A stretch of DNA of 64,000 bases from Camelus dromedarius. Lineage: Eukaryota. This document shows positions 25,116 to 37,599 of the stretch, one piece after another. The stretch covers positions 119,910,001-119,974,000 of the forward strand of contig NC_087436.1 of assembly GCF_036321535.1 (NCBI RefSeq). The letters are read 5' to 3'. Every line of letters begins with the position of its first letter. Within the stretch, counting starts at the first letter, position 1. The notes beneath the pieces are model-generated. The model saw nothing but the letters and a program-made list of their open reading frames with translations, was not told the origin of the DNA and did not search any database. The position numbers were made by a program, and so were the translations under genes.

Positions 25116-25655
25116 GGCTTTCCTATGTCCTTAACTATTTTTTTTTAAAGTTACATTAAGAATTTTTTAAGGAAGAAGGGAAAAAGATATTTAAGAAGCA
25201 ATGTACAGAAAAATAACACATTTAATACAAATTTTAATAAGCATATGGAAAGTTGTTTATTAAAATGAAAAGCAGCCAAAAAATTAGATGCCCTTTTTAC
25301 TTCTTACATTGGAAAAAGCAAAGTTAGCAACTATGATCCAGTCTGACCAGGATATGAGGAAATAGGAATTCTGACAGTGTGGGCTTCTGTTCACCTCATT
25401 GCTTGTGTTACTGGTATGTTTAAAACAGAACGTTAAACCAAAGTCAGGGATCTTTCCATCAAAGGCCATAGCAGACTCCATCCTAAAAAAACAAAGCACA
25501 GGTCATCTTCTTGGCTGGCATGACATCTGAGAGGCAGGAGCACCTGCTGTGGCGGGGATGGGGGGAGCCCACCCAATGGTGGCCGGCCGGTCACCTGAGA
25601 CCCAGCAAAGCTCCCCAGCCAGGAGGCCACGCTGACCAGGGCTCCGGCTGCCCTG

Positions 25656-25676
25656 GGCGCTGTCCGTGGTGCTGAC
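25656..25676 (-). promoter_or_regulatory. RE1/NRSE, REST (NRSF) binding site
   Basis: The minus strand reads GTCAGCACCACGGACAGCGCC, matching the canonical 21-bp RE1 consensus nTCAGCACCnnGGACAGCGCC at every defined position. Confidence 0.9.
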
Positions 25677-26059
25677 CCAACCAAGCCTCTGTGGCACTTG
25701 GTTGCGAGCCCCAGCCAGGCCCTCCTGTGCTCAGCGTGGACTCCTGCCAGACACCCACCCAGCAGCTGAGTCCTCCTACACGTCCCACTGCAGTCGTGTT
25801 TGCTCACTGCAGACAACTCGAACACTGAAAATGGTGTCATACCCGGAAACCCGCCACCTAGAGACAGCCTCTTGTGATAGTTTGATGTATTTCCTTCTTG
25901 TCTTTTTTTCTATGAATCTTTGTGATGTAGCTGAGAAACTTTCACACTCTAAATTTTCATCATATGAGATGAAATTATTAAGAACTGAAGAGGATTCTTT
26001 GTAAGCATCATCTTAATGGCTTCAAAATAGTTGGTGATTTAGATAATGATGATGTAGAC

Positions 26060-26310
26060 ACTTTTACAGTTGGCTGCCATTTATGTTCTCAGCATGATAT
26101 TAAACTGTTCACAAACGTTAATTCTAATACACAAAAGAACTTTGGAATGAAAGTAGTATTATTCCCAGTTTTACAGATCTCAAGACCGAAGCTCAGAGAG
26201 GGTAAGTAAATTGCCCTAGATCACACAGCTCAGTGAGGGGCAGAGCTGGTTTTGAATCGGTAGATGTCTGATGACAAAGGCTTTGATCTTGCCATTGCAC
26301 CAAACTGCCT
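26060..26310 (-). mobile_element. MIR SINE
   Basis: attcccagttttacagat...gctcagagagggtaagtaaattgccctagatcacacagct. Confidence 0.8.
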
Positions 26311-26372
26311 CCTGCAGTCCCTTATAATAATGGTTAAATAAACCGTGCATGTATCACAACTCACTGACCCAT

Positions 26373-26950
26373 TGTTGCGGAAAAGTGTGTTACAGCTCAG
26401 TGTTACAGCTCAGTTGTGACAGCAACCTGGATCCAGGAGAGAGACCAAGCAGCACTTGGAGAGTTGGACAACTCAGGCTTATTACGCCAGCGGGCCCAGA
26501 GGAGTTAACACTCCAAAATCTGGACCCCATCTGTATGTTTACACTGGCTTTTATAGGCTGCCAGTTTACATTTTGCAACATCATGTGCAAATGAGGTATA
26601 ACGAAAGTTGACTAATTAGGAACAATCTTTATAGAAATGGACCAATCAGGAGGGAGAGAAATGACCAATCAGGAGTGAGGGAAATGGACTAATCAGGAGT
26701 GAGATCCATGCAACTGAAGTACTACACATGGACCGATCAGAAGTTAGGGAAATGAACCAATCAAGAGTGAAGGAAATAACCAATCAGGAGTGAGCTCAGG
26801 GAACCAATAGAATTTTAGGGGTAAGTAAGCTGTTTCAGAGGCAAAAAGTGAGAAGAGCTTCCTGGCCAGGGAACAAGATGGTGCTGGCAGGAGAGTAGTG
26901 GCCCTGCCTGGGGTTCCTGCCAGTCTTTTTTTATGGGGCTTCCCGCCTCA
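26373..26950 (-). mobile_element. ERV solo LTR (578 bp, ERV1-like from its 4-bp TSD)
   Basis: TG...CA termini and TSD ccat at 26369-26372 / 26951-26954, plus an internal CCAAT array. Orientation is inferred from a polyA-like signal on the minus strand near 26449. Confidence 0.85.
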
Positions 26951-27019
26951 CCATCACCAGGTAGTTGGTGTCTAGATGGTTTTGCATCGTTACGTAGAAT
27001 GTTGTTAAAGATGAAGGAG

Positions 27020-27210
27020 TCACAGAAGATTGAGACTGGGAGACCCCTGAGGCATAATTGATGTCTTTCAACTTCCCGCTCTCTGGTTAGACCATGTCCA
27101 GGAGAGCATGTGCAGCCTCTGCTTGGATGCCCCTCCCACAGAAGCCCCGCTGCCTGGGCCAGTCAGTCCCACTCACATTTACAGCTGCAGTTTTAGCCTA
27201 GAAGCAGTCT
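27020..27210 (-). mobile_element. Possible L3/CR1 remnant
   Basis: cagcctctgcttggatgcccctcc resembles the recalled CR1/L3 antisense 3' consensus. Confidence 0.35.
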
Positions 27211-30200
27211 GAGTGGCCCCGCTGATCACAGCCACTCAGATCCTTTCTTGCTGCCCTCCCTACACAGGGGCGCCCCTTACGTCAGGCCCCGTCCACCCTG
27301 GGCTCATCTGTTGAACCTGGGGCTATGTTTTTCCAGCACCTGGCACGCAGCATGTGCTCGATACTTATTTGTTGACATGGAGACAGTTGGCTCTGGGTCC
27401 CTGAGAACCTTGGCAAACTTAACCCTGCTCCACAGAATTGCCCAGAAATGGCTGTGCTGGGACAGATCAATAACAGATCAGCCTGGGGAATAGCAGCTGC
27501 CAGCGGGAAGATGCGGGGGTTGTGGAAAAGCCCAGCACATCTACTCATCACCGTCTGACCCCACCTCAGGTGCGTCCTAGTGTTTGGAGTGATTCCCAAG
27601 CATTGAGTCTCCCATCCTTGTGATCTGAGTGGTGCCGTCAGAGATAAGGTAGGCGTCATGGTGGTTGTCTCCTGATAAGATGTTAAGGGTCATGAGTTCC
27701 AACCCCCCTCCACTGTCTAAAGGACTTAAATGAAACAGGGTGGAACATGGACTCAGTTGGCACGAGTCACCCACCATGAAACAGCAAAGCAGGACTTTGC
27801 CCCAGGCTCCACCCTCAGCCCAGGCCTCCTTGCACCCTCGAGGCTCATGTGTGGTCCGTTTCATCCTCAAACTCAGTGCAGTGTGGGGAGCATGGGGCCT
27901 GGGGCTGGAAGACCCGATTCTGCCTCTGATGTGCTGTGTCTTATGTGCGGCCCTGACGTCTCGTCCTCCCCTTGTCATCAGTAAAGTAGGACTCATAAGA
28001 CCTGCTCCAGAGGTGGACTGCTGAGGCCTGAGACACTGTCTGTGGATGAGCTCTGCAGACTCTAACGTAAAGTGTTTGTGTTACAGCAGCATCTCCATCT
28101 TCTTCCATATGCTGGCTCCAGCATCATGTCTGTCACATAGCAGGTGTTCCAGAAATGCCAGTGGGATAAACTGTTGTCATTAATAGTAACAAATGACTGT
28201 TGCTGATAAGGAGGGCGGTTCCTTCTCCTCAATGACAAGGGAATGAGAATTCCAGTGGCCTCTGAGTCGGGCATGGAGGGAGCATGGTTAAAGCTGAGAG
28301 GTGGGCATCCTGGAAGCACCCTCTCCTGATGCTACAACTGGGTCTGTGTCCAGCACTGGCCCAGTGCTTTGGAAATGGAGAGAGTGCATTTCAGAAAAAG
28401 ATGCTTTTGTTCCATGATGGGCTGAAAGGGAGATGCTTAATTGACATTTGGTCCTAGACAGGAACTTAGACACTCCCTGGTGTCCACCCTCATCTTACAG
28501 GAGGCTTGCTGAGGTCTGGGGAACATAAGGGACATTCCCAAAGTCCTACAGTGACAGGAATGGGGACAATTCAGGTTTTCTGGGTGGCGAGTCAGTCCCC
28601 CTGCTGCTCCCGCTCCAAGGAACAAGGATGTGGTAGACACAGAAAGTGCCAGTGAGATTACGTGTCTGCCTCCCCTCCCCAGCCCAGGGCCAAAACCATG
28701 AATCCACACGGGGCTCCACCGGAGGGAGTGAGCCCCAGCCTGGATAGGTTTGCAGGCAGAGTTCCGAGAGTGTCATGATTCTGCAGCGCTTTGCAGACTG
28801 TGGGTGAGTTTTCCAAAGTGAAGCCCATGCTGCTGGCACCCAGCTGCTCTGAGAATGCCGATGCCGTTGGCCTAATATGAGGGCTCCGTTTACAGCCTCC
28901 GACGCCAGGCACCAGAGGATGTCAAAATAAGGGAAGCACGTTGCAAAACACAAAAGGGGGTGCGATTTGTGCTGTCAGTCCCTTGTGATCCCTGGTGCCA
29001 CCTGGCTCCTCCGTGTGCGCACACCGAGGGAAGACTGACGTGGCTCTCGTCCGCTATGTGCTCGAAATGGTTTTGTTGGGTGGACGAGAAGATTGGGGGT
29101 GGGGCGGGGAGGAAAGCAAAGATCTGAGAGTATGAAACTGAACAATGTCATTTCCCTTTAGGGGCCATATTTTTGGCGCAGAAAATGAACATAATGGGCT
29201 GTGAAGGCGCTTGCATCCCCCTGATGTGGGGGTGCGGGCACTGGCTCAGGGAGAGAGAATTTGGCTGCACTGTCACCCACAGTGGGGTGGCCTTCCTGCA
29301 GCGGCACCTCAAAGCCAGAGGACTTCAAAGGGAGGGTTTGGGCCAGCATGTGTGAGCAGGGACCCCTGGTCCCAGAAGCAGCCAGAAGAAAGAAGACCCT
29401 CAGGAGGCTCCCTGTGGCCCCCACGGAGATGAAGGACAGCCCTCCTCCCTGCATCAGGCAAATCATTGCTCCCGTCTTTCCATCTGCCTCTGGTGTCCCA
29501 GGCACTGCAGAAACTCCAGAACAGATAACAGGGCTACCAGGGGACCCTGGGGACTGCAGGCACAATCTCCAGCTGATGGTCATTAAATGATTCCTTTTTC
29601 ATCATACAGCTTTGCATTCAAGCATCACTTGCAGCCTCTCTGTTCCTCTGTGTCTGTATTTGCTACAGTTGTGCAGGCAGCCTTGTAGATGAATGCCTCC
29701 TCACGGCGGTTTTATACTGGTCCCTCCCATTGTGGAGTTAGCTGCTTGGAATTTACCCTGAAATACTGTTTTAGGATGAGTTGGGGGAGGGTCATGCCAG
29801 GACAAGGCACGGTGACAGAAATGGGCACAAAGTCAGGCTTTTCTGACTTTGAGGGCTGGCCGTGCCTTCTGGGCATTCCTTTCATCGACCCCAGCACAGC
29901 CGAATGGCAACGTGTGAATGTAGATTTCTGAGTCACCCTGTGTCTCTCAAGCATCCCGTCTGGGGCGCTCTGTTTGCTTGGTGCTTGGCGTTACAGAGGC
30001 ACCTCCCACCAGTCTGATGTCCATTCACCTTGCCTGATTGTCGCCCTCCTCAGGGTGAAATATCCTCATGCGCCAGGATAGGTGTGACATCACGACCTTC
30101 TCCGGCACACGAGCTGCTCTGACCCGCAGGCTCCCTTCCTTGTCTCTGGGACGTTCCCTCTGTTACCGTTGCTCTGGCTGCGTCCTCCGGAGGACTTACA

Positions 30201-30611
30201 ATCTGTGCTCTGATAAGGCCACTTTTACCTCTTGGGTTAAGGTCATTTATCTGTCTCCTGCTCTGGGGGCGTTTCACAGGTGCTTCTGTGATGTCCCTGA
30301 CTCCTCCATCCCCCTCTCCCTGCCCGCCACCCTCGACAGTTTCAGTTCCATTCTTACTCTGAGGTTTTCCTTTCCGTCTTCTCTTTCTGAAAGCCTGTGT
30401 CTTCTCACATCCCAGCCGGAAGTTTCCTTCCATTTCACTCAGGTTTCAGAGTTGGAAACACATTTCTCTGAACTCTCAGGCTAACATTCCTTTAGCTTGG
30501 CTGCAGCATCCTTTCCCAAGCACCATGCTGTTTTTCCTTCTGTTTCTCTCATTACCCATCTCTGACAAGGGAGACTGTTACCCACAGCAGAAGGGAGGTG
30601 TAGGTTTTCTT

Positions 30612-30769
30612 TTCTTTTCCTTTTTTAAATTTTTTTGGTAGAGGGGAGATAATTAGATTTTATTTACTTTTTTTTTTTTTTTTTTTTTTTTAGCAGAGAT
30701 ACTGGGGATTGAACCTAAGACCTTGTGCATGCTAAGCATGGAACTCTACCACTGAGCTATACCCTCCCC
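30612..30769 (-). mobile_element. tRNA-derived SINE (Vic-1-like) with perfect 11-bp TSD
   Basis: Reverse-complement SINE head ctctaccactgagctataccctcccc and poly-T tracts. TSD taggttttctt at 30601-30611 and 30770-30780. Confidence 0.92.
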
Positions 30770-31789
30770 TAGGTTTTCTTAACCCCACCTGCTGTCCGCT
30801 TGGATCTGAGTCACTCCCATCCTCAGGACCCTGGCAGGGCGGCATCAGCATTGGAAGCCCTGTCCGTGGTGTCCACAGTTCCACTGGCCAGAGCCAAGCT
30901 GCCTCTCCTTAATGTGTCTCTCCCGCTCTGGTCCTGGAGAATTCACGAGAAGTTACAAACCCAGTGTGCCATCTGCCTCCTGCCAGGATGCCCCTTCCCA
31001 GAGCCCCCAGCTCCTGCCACGTGTTTCTGGAGAGCTTTTGTCACCCAGGAGACTTAGCAAGAGAGAGCCTGATGGGAGGGTCTGGAGTGGTGCTCCGGCC
31101 ACATGCAGACAGCCCCCGCGGTAGCGGAATGGCCCTGCCGTTCCTGATGGTCATGAACTTGAAAGTCTTGGCATGTCCCAGGGCCCCGTCTGTGCACAGG
31201 CTCTGAGAACCACCCACACAGCAGGGCAGCCAAGCCCCGAACACTGACGATGATGCCAGGACCTGGGGGCTGGGCAGGGTGGGCCGTCTACTTGATTCCA
31301 TTTCTCCACGGAGCCTGAGACTGTCACACCCCCTAAGTGGCCAGCCAGGGGCTGGAAGCCAGGAGTGTTGACTTTTTGATCATTGCTCTTTTTCCTGCCA
31401 AAACAGTAGATCAGCATCTCTCCATCTGCTGAGCTCTGTTTGTGGTTTTGCGCTGTTCCACAGATAATTAATTGCAGGTAATTAAAAAGCCCCCAAGCCT
31501 TTCCTTTCTGCACATCATTAAGCTCCCCATCACAACAGCGAGGCTGAGGAAAGAGAAGACTGCAGGACGAGGGCGGCCCACAGGCAGCCATAAAACTTAT
31601 CTGGCCATATTTGAGCTCAAATGGTGTTCCAGTGCAGCAGTTGGCTCTTTTCCTGTGGATTTCTGCTGTGTTCCCATGTCGGCTGTCAGTACTCGAGGGT
31701 GGGGGGAGGCTGGACCTTAGGAAGCGCTGATCCCACTCGGTTAGGGTCATGCAGTGGAGCATGTAGGACCCAGTGATGCAGCTAGATGT

Positions 31790-31910
31790 ACTCATGGGAG
31801 CTCTGGCTCTGCTGAGTGCCCTTGGGCAAGTCACTTCACCTCTCTGTGCCTGTTTCCTCGTCTGTAAAATGAGGATGATCATGGTGGCTACCTCCCAGGG
31901 CTGTGGAGGG
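31790..31910 (+). mobile_element. MIR SINE
   Basis: ccttgggcaagtcacttcacctctctgtgcctgtttcctcgtctgtaaaatgagg. Confidence 0.85.
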
Positions 31911-32784
31911 AATTTTATTGGGCAATCCCTTAGAACAAATTTCAAATACCTCCAGTCTTCCATGCACAGTATTACTAGGAGAAATCTAGAAATCATTTCT
32001 TGTAACACAAAGCAAGGGCAGAAATCTCTTCCCCAGCCCTGCTGGGCACATAGTAGGGCCTCCCTCCCCTCCCCGTGAGCCCCCACTGTTCCCCCAGGGG
32101 AAGAGAGACTACGCATGCCCTCCCCACTTCCTCCACCGGCTGCCCGGCCGGTGTCCCTGGAGCCAGCCCGGCCATGCTCAGAGCTGAGAATAATCAAAGC
32201 TGCAGGTGACACTCAGCCCACAGAGAAAAGCAAGAGGTGCTTGGAGATTCAGCCCCCACTCCTTCCCCCAGGTCTCAGGAAGGATGAGAGATGTAACAAA
32301 AGGCGGTGAGAGGTTTGTCTAGAGTCTCAAGTGAGCGGATTTTAGGTCCCTTTCTCAGAAAAGCCTCCTTGACGGCACAGAGGGTCAGCTCTGCGGACCC
32401 AGGTCACCGTGCGAATGGCGAGTGCATCGCAGCAGCACTTCCGAGGGTGAACACAGGCTGAGTGAAACAGTCTGGGCTGTGCCCACACGACGGCTAAGTG
32501 TTCAATCGCTTACAAGCGTGTTTCAAAGAATATTTACGATCACGGGAACTTGCCCGAGTGAAAAAGCTGGAACCAAAAGCAGGCAGGGTGGTCCCCTGAT
32601 TTTCCCAACATGAAATGTACACACAAAGAAAAAAAACAAAAGGGAAATGCTTCAACATGTGAACATATCTCATTCTTACCTTCTTCTTCACGTTTTCACC
32701 TCTTTTGTCAATCATTAGCCTGTGTGTCTTCTAATTGGAAAGAAAGGACTGGATCTGTATTGGTATCACTCTCTATATAATATT

Positions 32785-33430
32785 CTTTTTCTTTAAATGG
32801 AGGTGAAATTCACATACTATTAACTTTTTTTGTTTTGCAGGGGTTGGCAGGAGAGGCAGTTAGGTTCATGTTTCCTTAATGGAGGGACTGGGGATTGGAC
32901 TGACGGCCTGCATGCTAAGCACGTGCTCTGCCCTGAGCTGCACCCTCCCCACAACAGTTAACCATCTTACGTGACCAGCTCTGTGGCACTGAGTACCTTC
33001 CCGATGTTGTGCAGTCACCACCTCTGTCCCACTCCAAGATGGTGCCCGTCTCCTCAGAAGGACCCTCCGTGTCCAGGAAGCAGTCCCTCCCATTGCTGGC
33101 CACCAGCAATCGGCTTTCTGTCTCTATGGATTTGCCTGTTCAGGACCATGCATAGAAATGGAATCACAGAGTATGTGGCCGTTGGCGTCTGGTTTCTTTC
33201 GTTCAGCATCATCTCTTTGAGGCTCTCCCGTTTTGTAGCAGGTGTCATGTCATTTCTTTTCATGACTGCGTAATATTCCCTTGCATGGATACACCGCATT
33301 TTGTTTATTCACTGATCATTTGACGGACATGCAGGCTGTTTCACCTCTTGGCCCTTGTGAACGGGGCTGCTGTGAATGTACACTCGTGTGTATTGGTATC
33401 ATTTCAATTCTTTTGGGATTTATATCTCAG
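32785..33430 (-). mobile_element. L1MB-type 3' region, interrupted by a SINE
   Basis: ggaggtgaaattcacata...tttctgtctctatggatttgcctgttc...taatattcccttgcatggatacaccgcattttgtttattc. Confidence 0.8.
32825..32950 (-). mobile_element. tRNA-derived SINE (Vic-1-like), more diverged copy
   Basis: catgctaagcacgtgctctgccctgagctgcaccctcccc, with a degenerate TSD (actattaac / acagttaac). Confidence 0.85.
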
Positions 33431-33499
33431 ACATACATTATTCTTAAAAAGTTTTGAAGGCCTTTGAACCTCAGCGTGATGACAGGGGCCTCTGTGATG

Positions 33500-33725
33500 G
33501 TTGCCAATATATAGGTCCAGTTCTAAACGCCCTTGGAAACAGTCAATCCTCAGGACAGTCCTGCAAGGCAGGGACCACTGGGCACCCTGTCCCTAGATGA
33601 GGAAACTGAGGTCCAGGGAGGTTAAGTAACTCATCCGAGCCCATTCAACCAATAAATGCAGAGGGGGGATTTGAACCCAGCGTGCAGTATCCAGGGCCCA
33701 CGCTCTCCCCTCCAAAGAACACTGC
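33500..33725 (-). mobile_element. MIR SINE
   Basis: agatgaggaaactgaggtccagggaggttaagtaactc...ggatttgaacccag. Confidence 0.8.
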
Positions 33726-35929
33726 TTTGAATTGGGGGCAGAGGCATGGGAGCAATCTCTTAGCAGCCATGGATGTTCAGACATGGGATGTTTAGGGCCG
33801 GGAGGTAGTGAATGCCCTGTCGCCAGAGGAGTGCCAGCAGTATCAGACAGCCACTCAGAATAGCGTAGAAATGCATCTGCTCTTGGGTGGTGGCCGGACG
33901 TGCCACAGCTCTCAGATGTGCAGTTTCTGGGTTAGAAGAGGATAAGGCAGAAAGTTTCCAGGTTTCAGGTAACAGCCACCTGCTCAGCAGGTCTGTGACC
34001 GTGGGCGGAGCTGGGTCTGCCCTTCTAATAATATTACCAGGATTAGGATGAGACTGATCTGAGCAGGTACTTGGTCAATGGGGTGGTGGGTTGGCCACGG
34101 GGTTTCCATAGAGACCCACTCTGCCTGGAGGCACCCCCGCGAGGCACCCTGTCTGGTGCTCGCAGCAGGGGTGAAGGTGGGGCACAGCTTCGAGCTGGTC
34201 TCCAGTGTGCTTACCTGTCTCCCCATTACTTTGAAAATACTAAGTGGCCAGTAAGGGGTTCTCTGTCCCGCTGCCCCCACTTCCTGCCACAGGGGCTATC
34301 TGGATGACATCATCCCAGCTGGCCCCACCCCTGTCCAGGTGGGGGGTCCCCCGAGCAGGGCTGGCCTGTGCTGAGACCACTCCCGGCACCCTCTCTCTAG
34401 AGCACCACCACATTCTTACGAGCTGGCCTATCCTCAGGCAGATGGAGCAGACTTTTTCTTTTTTAAAGAATCAATTTGTCATCTCAGTAGCAACAACGAA
34501 AAAAGATGAATTGCTTTTCTGTAACAACAGAATGCACTTTATCGGGCCTTTAAAGCCAATTTCTTTAACTGTAAAAAGTGGCCCAGCAGGATTTGTCATA
34601 TCCCGCAGGGACAGAGTTTTTCTGTCTATCTGACAGCCTACAGTGTCCTTTGTCCTCCGTCCCGGGCCCCCAGAGAGAGGAGTAAGCGGGCGTTGAAGGG
34701 GGAGCGGCCACCGTCCGGTCTCTGACTGAGGAAACGGCTGTGATGAGTGAGAGCGTCTGTGGTGGGCGGGTCCTTCCTTTTCATTCAGCCGCAGGCTGCA
34801 TTGACTTGACGTCCCATTTCTCAAGTGTCACGCTGGATGGAGGCGGCTTGGCGCTGTGAAATGTCTCAGGCGAAGCTGGCCTTCGGTTTCTTTAGGGTGA
34901 TGGAACATGTGGAGCTGGCTTGTTTTTCATTAGAAAGAAAGGCTGTATTTTAACTTGGACTCTGTGTAGGTGGCTTCTTGTTCGTGGAAATCTCTCCGTG
35001 TCTCCTGGGGTCGCTGGGCTCGGGGAACAGGCCCTGGGGTCCACTCTGGCCCCTACACATTTGACGACCTCAAGAACCAGCTCTCCAGAGCATTTAGGGT
35101 CGATTTGGTGCTAAGGGAGCTACAGCTGGGAACCCACTTTGGAATCTGCTGAAAGATGCCCGGAACACCGAGGTTTCATCTGTGGTTGGACCCCCTTCTG
35201 ACAGCATTTCAGGAGACTTGCGAGGGCTTGCCTTGTCCCGAGACACTGGACAGTAATTAGGTGTGAAAGTCCTTGTAAAGGCATTCGTTTTCCATCTTGG
35301 AAAGCTGGTGTTAGATGTGCCTTCAGGAGGAAGCTAGTGGGGGCTCCTGCCCCAGAGAAGGATGGGGCTGTCTGTCCATCTGTCCATCTATCCACAACAC
35401 AGTGGTCAGACAACAGTGTGGGCAAGACTTACATATTATTTTGCTTTCGTTTTGTTCTGTTCCTTTTCTCTCTGAGCACAGAGTTGTTGGCTACTAACTC
35501 AGCCTGGGTTGGGACACTTCATACAGGACATGGAAATGGAGTTGCTTCTCTGGGGGGTGCAGTCGCTGGCAATTCAGAGATAAGTGGATAAGCATTGTGG
35601 GCCCAGGGATCAGCATGTGCAAAGATGCAGAGGACTGAAAGAATGTAGCCTGTTTGGGAGATGGTGAACCCCTCAGCGAGCCTGGTGCACAGGGGATGTG
35701 GTGAAAGGCAGGGCAGGTGAGACTGTGGGGACCCTGAACAGTGTTCAGAGTCTGGGCTTCTCCTGGTGGAAGCTCACAAACTCCACCTGTAAGGCCAGTT
35801 AGGCCATTGCAATAGCCCAGGGGTGAAATACAGCGTTGACAACGAGGGCGGACAGACCTGGGGCTTGGAACACGTGGTATCAGTGCCTGGCTGTATTAGT
35901 AATAGTAGCAATAATAGCACGAGGGTAAT

Positions 35930-36120
35930 GACAGATGACATTATGGGCTGTGTACCCTTGTGATAAGCACTGTCCTAAGCATCTTGCATATAGTAATCGT
36001 CACGGTGACCTACGTAGTAGAAACTACTATTCCTCAGAGAGGTTCAGTGATACAGTTAAGGTCACACAGCTGGGAAATGGCAGAGCAGGATTTGAACCCA
36101 GACCGTCTGGATTTGTCTGG
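35930..36120 (-). mobile_element. MIR SINE
   Basis: ctcagagaggttcagtga...aaggtcacacagctgggaaatggcagagcaggatttgaacccag. Confidence 0.75.
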
Positions 36121-37165
36121 AAACCAACATGGAGATTCGGTGGATCTGTGTGTGCATGGACGGGGTTGGGGAGTGAGGAGACGTGGAGAGGGAGGGCCAG
36201 TGGGCGTTGATAAAATAAAGCCGAGGATGGGAGCTTCTGTTTAGCACTGTTTCAAGGGTGCATGTCTTCAGCATGAATAGAGCAAGAGGAAGAAACAAGG
36301 CATTACTGGGGTATGTACCCTGCCGGGGAGTCAGCCTCACTTATTAAGAAAGAAACCTTAAACCGAAAACATGACCTTCTCCTGCGATTTGTCCCAACAT
36401 TAAATAATGACTAATTTGAATTTAAGTATGTGGTGCAAAATTATGCTGCGATCCCTTCTGGAAAGGATTCGGGGTGTTTGATTACTCCCTGAGTCATGCA
36501 TATTCATGGCTTCACTTTCATCTTGCCAGTGGATTCTCTCAGTTGTTTGCTACCTTTAAGAGGAGAGGGCTGTGGATCCTTAGGTCACCTCCTAGGAGAA
36601 GAAAGCGCACTGGCCCAGGAGTCCAGGGACTTGGCCCTCCTCGCAGGGGCTGGGGGTGGGGTGCCGGGTACGTTGTGAATCGTTTTCACGTGCTTTGTCT
36701 CACTTGGTCTGCCCAAACACTGTGGCTCAGGAAGGTAGGTCAATGTACCCATTTTTGAGATGTGGAAACTGAGGCGGGAGAGAAGTTGGCAAGGTCACAC
36801 CACTAATAAGGAATGGGGCCGGGCTCAGCATCACCTCGTCCCGTGGTCGCATCACTGCCCTGGAGACCTCCATTCACTTGTCAGATTCACGGAGGCCACC
36901 ACTGAGCTCCACCAGAGGCGCAGGACAGTGGTTGCCTAACGGTGCCCCCAGCACAGGAGGCCCACGGCAAACACCTGTGGAAGGGAGCTGAGTGGATCTG
37001 GATTGAGCTCTAAGCTCGTGCCGTGCCCACGGGACAGGCTGCCCTGGATGACCTGGGTCCCTTGCCCCTTTCCCATCCGACAGTTTGTGAGCAGATAACC
37101 AGCCTAAGCAGGAGCACGGCTGCTTGGCGTTTGGTTTCATATTTACACACTAGTTGTAGAGCCTA

Positions 37166-37599
37166 CTTTGGAAGGCAGAGTCATGGCCCCACTTCCCTGG
37201 AACCCTGCCTGTGTCACCCGCCGCTGTGGCAGAAAGACGATCCCAGAGATCCCGGTGACCCCATCCAATCTCACGGGTCCCTGAAAGCAGAGATGGTTTC
37301 TGGGCATGGTGGGAGGGAGACCGGACTTGGAAGGACGTGGCAGGATTTGAAGATGGAAGAGGGGCCAGGAGACAGGAAATACAAGAAATGAGGGTGCCTC
37401 TGGGAGCTGGGAAAGGGCAAGGAAACAGATCTCTCCTGGAGCTTCCGGCAGGAGCGCAGCCCCGCCCACGCCTTGACTTTAGCTCAGTGAGACCTGGGTT
37501 CGACTTCTGACCTGCAGAACTCTAAAATAATCCTTGTGTCTTGTCTTAAGCCACTTGGTCTGTGGTTGTTTGTTGCAGAAGCGATAGAAAAGTAGGGCA
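37166..37599 (+). mobile_element. MLT1D-like MaLR solo LTR
   Basis: gatggaagaggggccagg...aaggaaacagatctctcctggagc...gacttctgacctgcagaact...ttaagccact. Confidence 0.8.

Noticed and set aside
28062..28160. Branch point plus acceptor (ctaac...ttacag) suggesting an exon
   Set aside because: The downstream sequence resembles an L2/MIR 3' end, and there is no convincing donor or reading frame.
30856..30876. Second RE1-like sequence ctgtccgtggtg
   Set aside because: Only the central 12 bp match; the TCAGCACC half-site is broken.
31151..32212. 353-aa minus-strand ORF
   Set aside because: Runs through a MIR and a motif-rich non-coding block, has no recognisable domain, and long chance ORFs are expected in GC-rich DNA.
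36909..36922. CTCF-like ccaccagaggcgca
   Set aside because: One base short in the core GG, so the match is poor.
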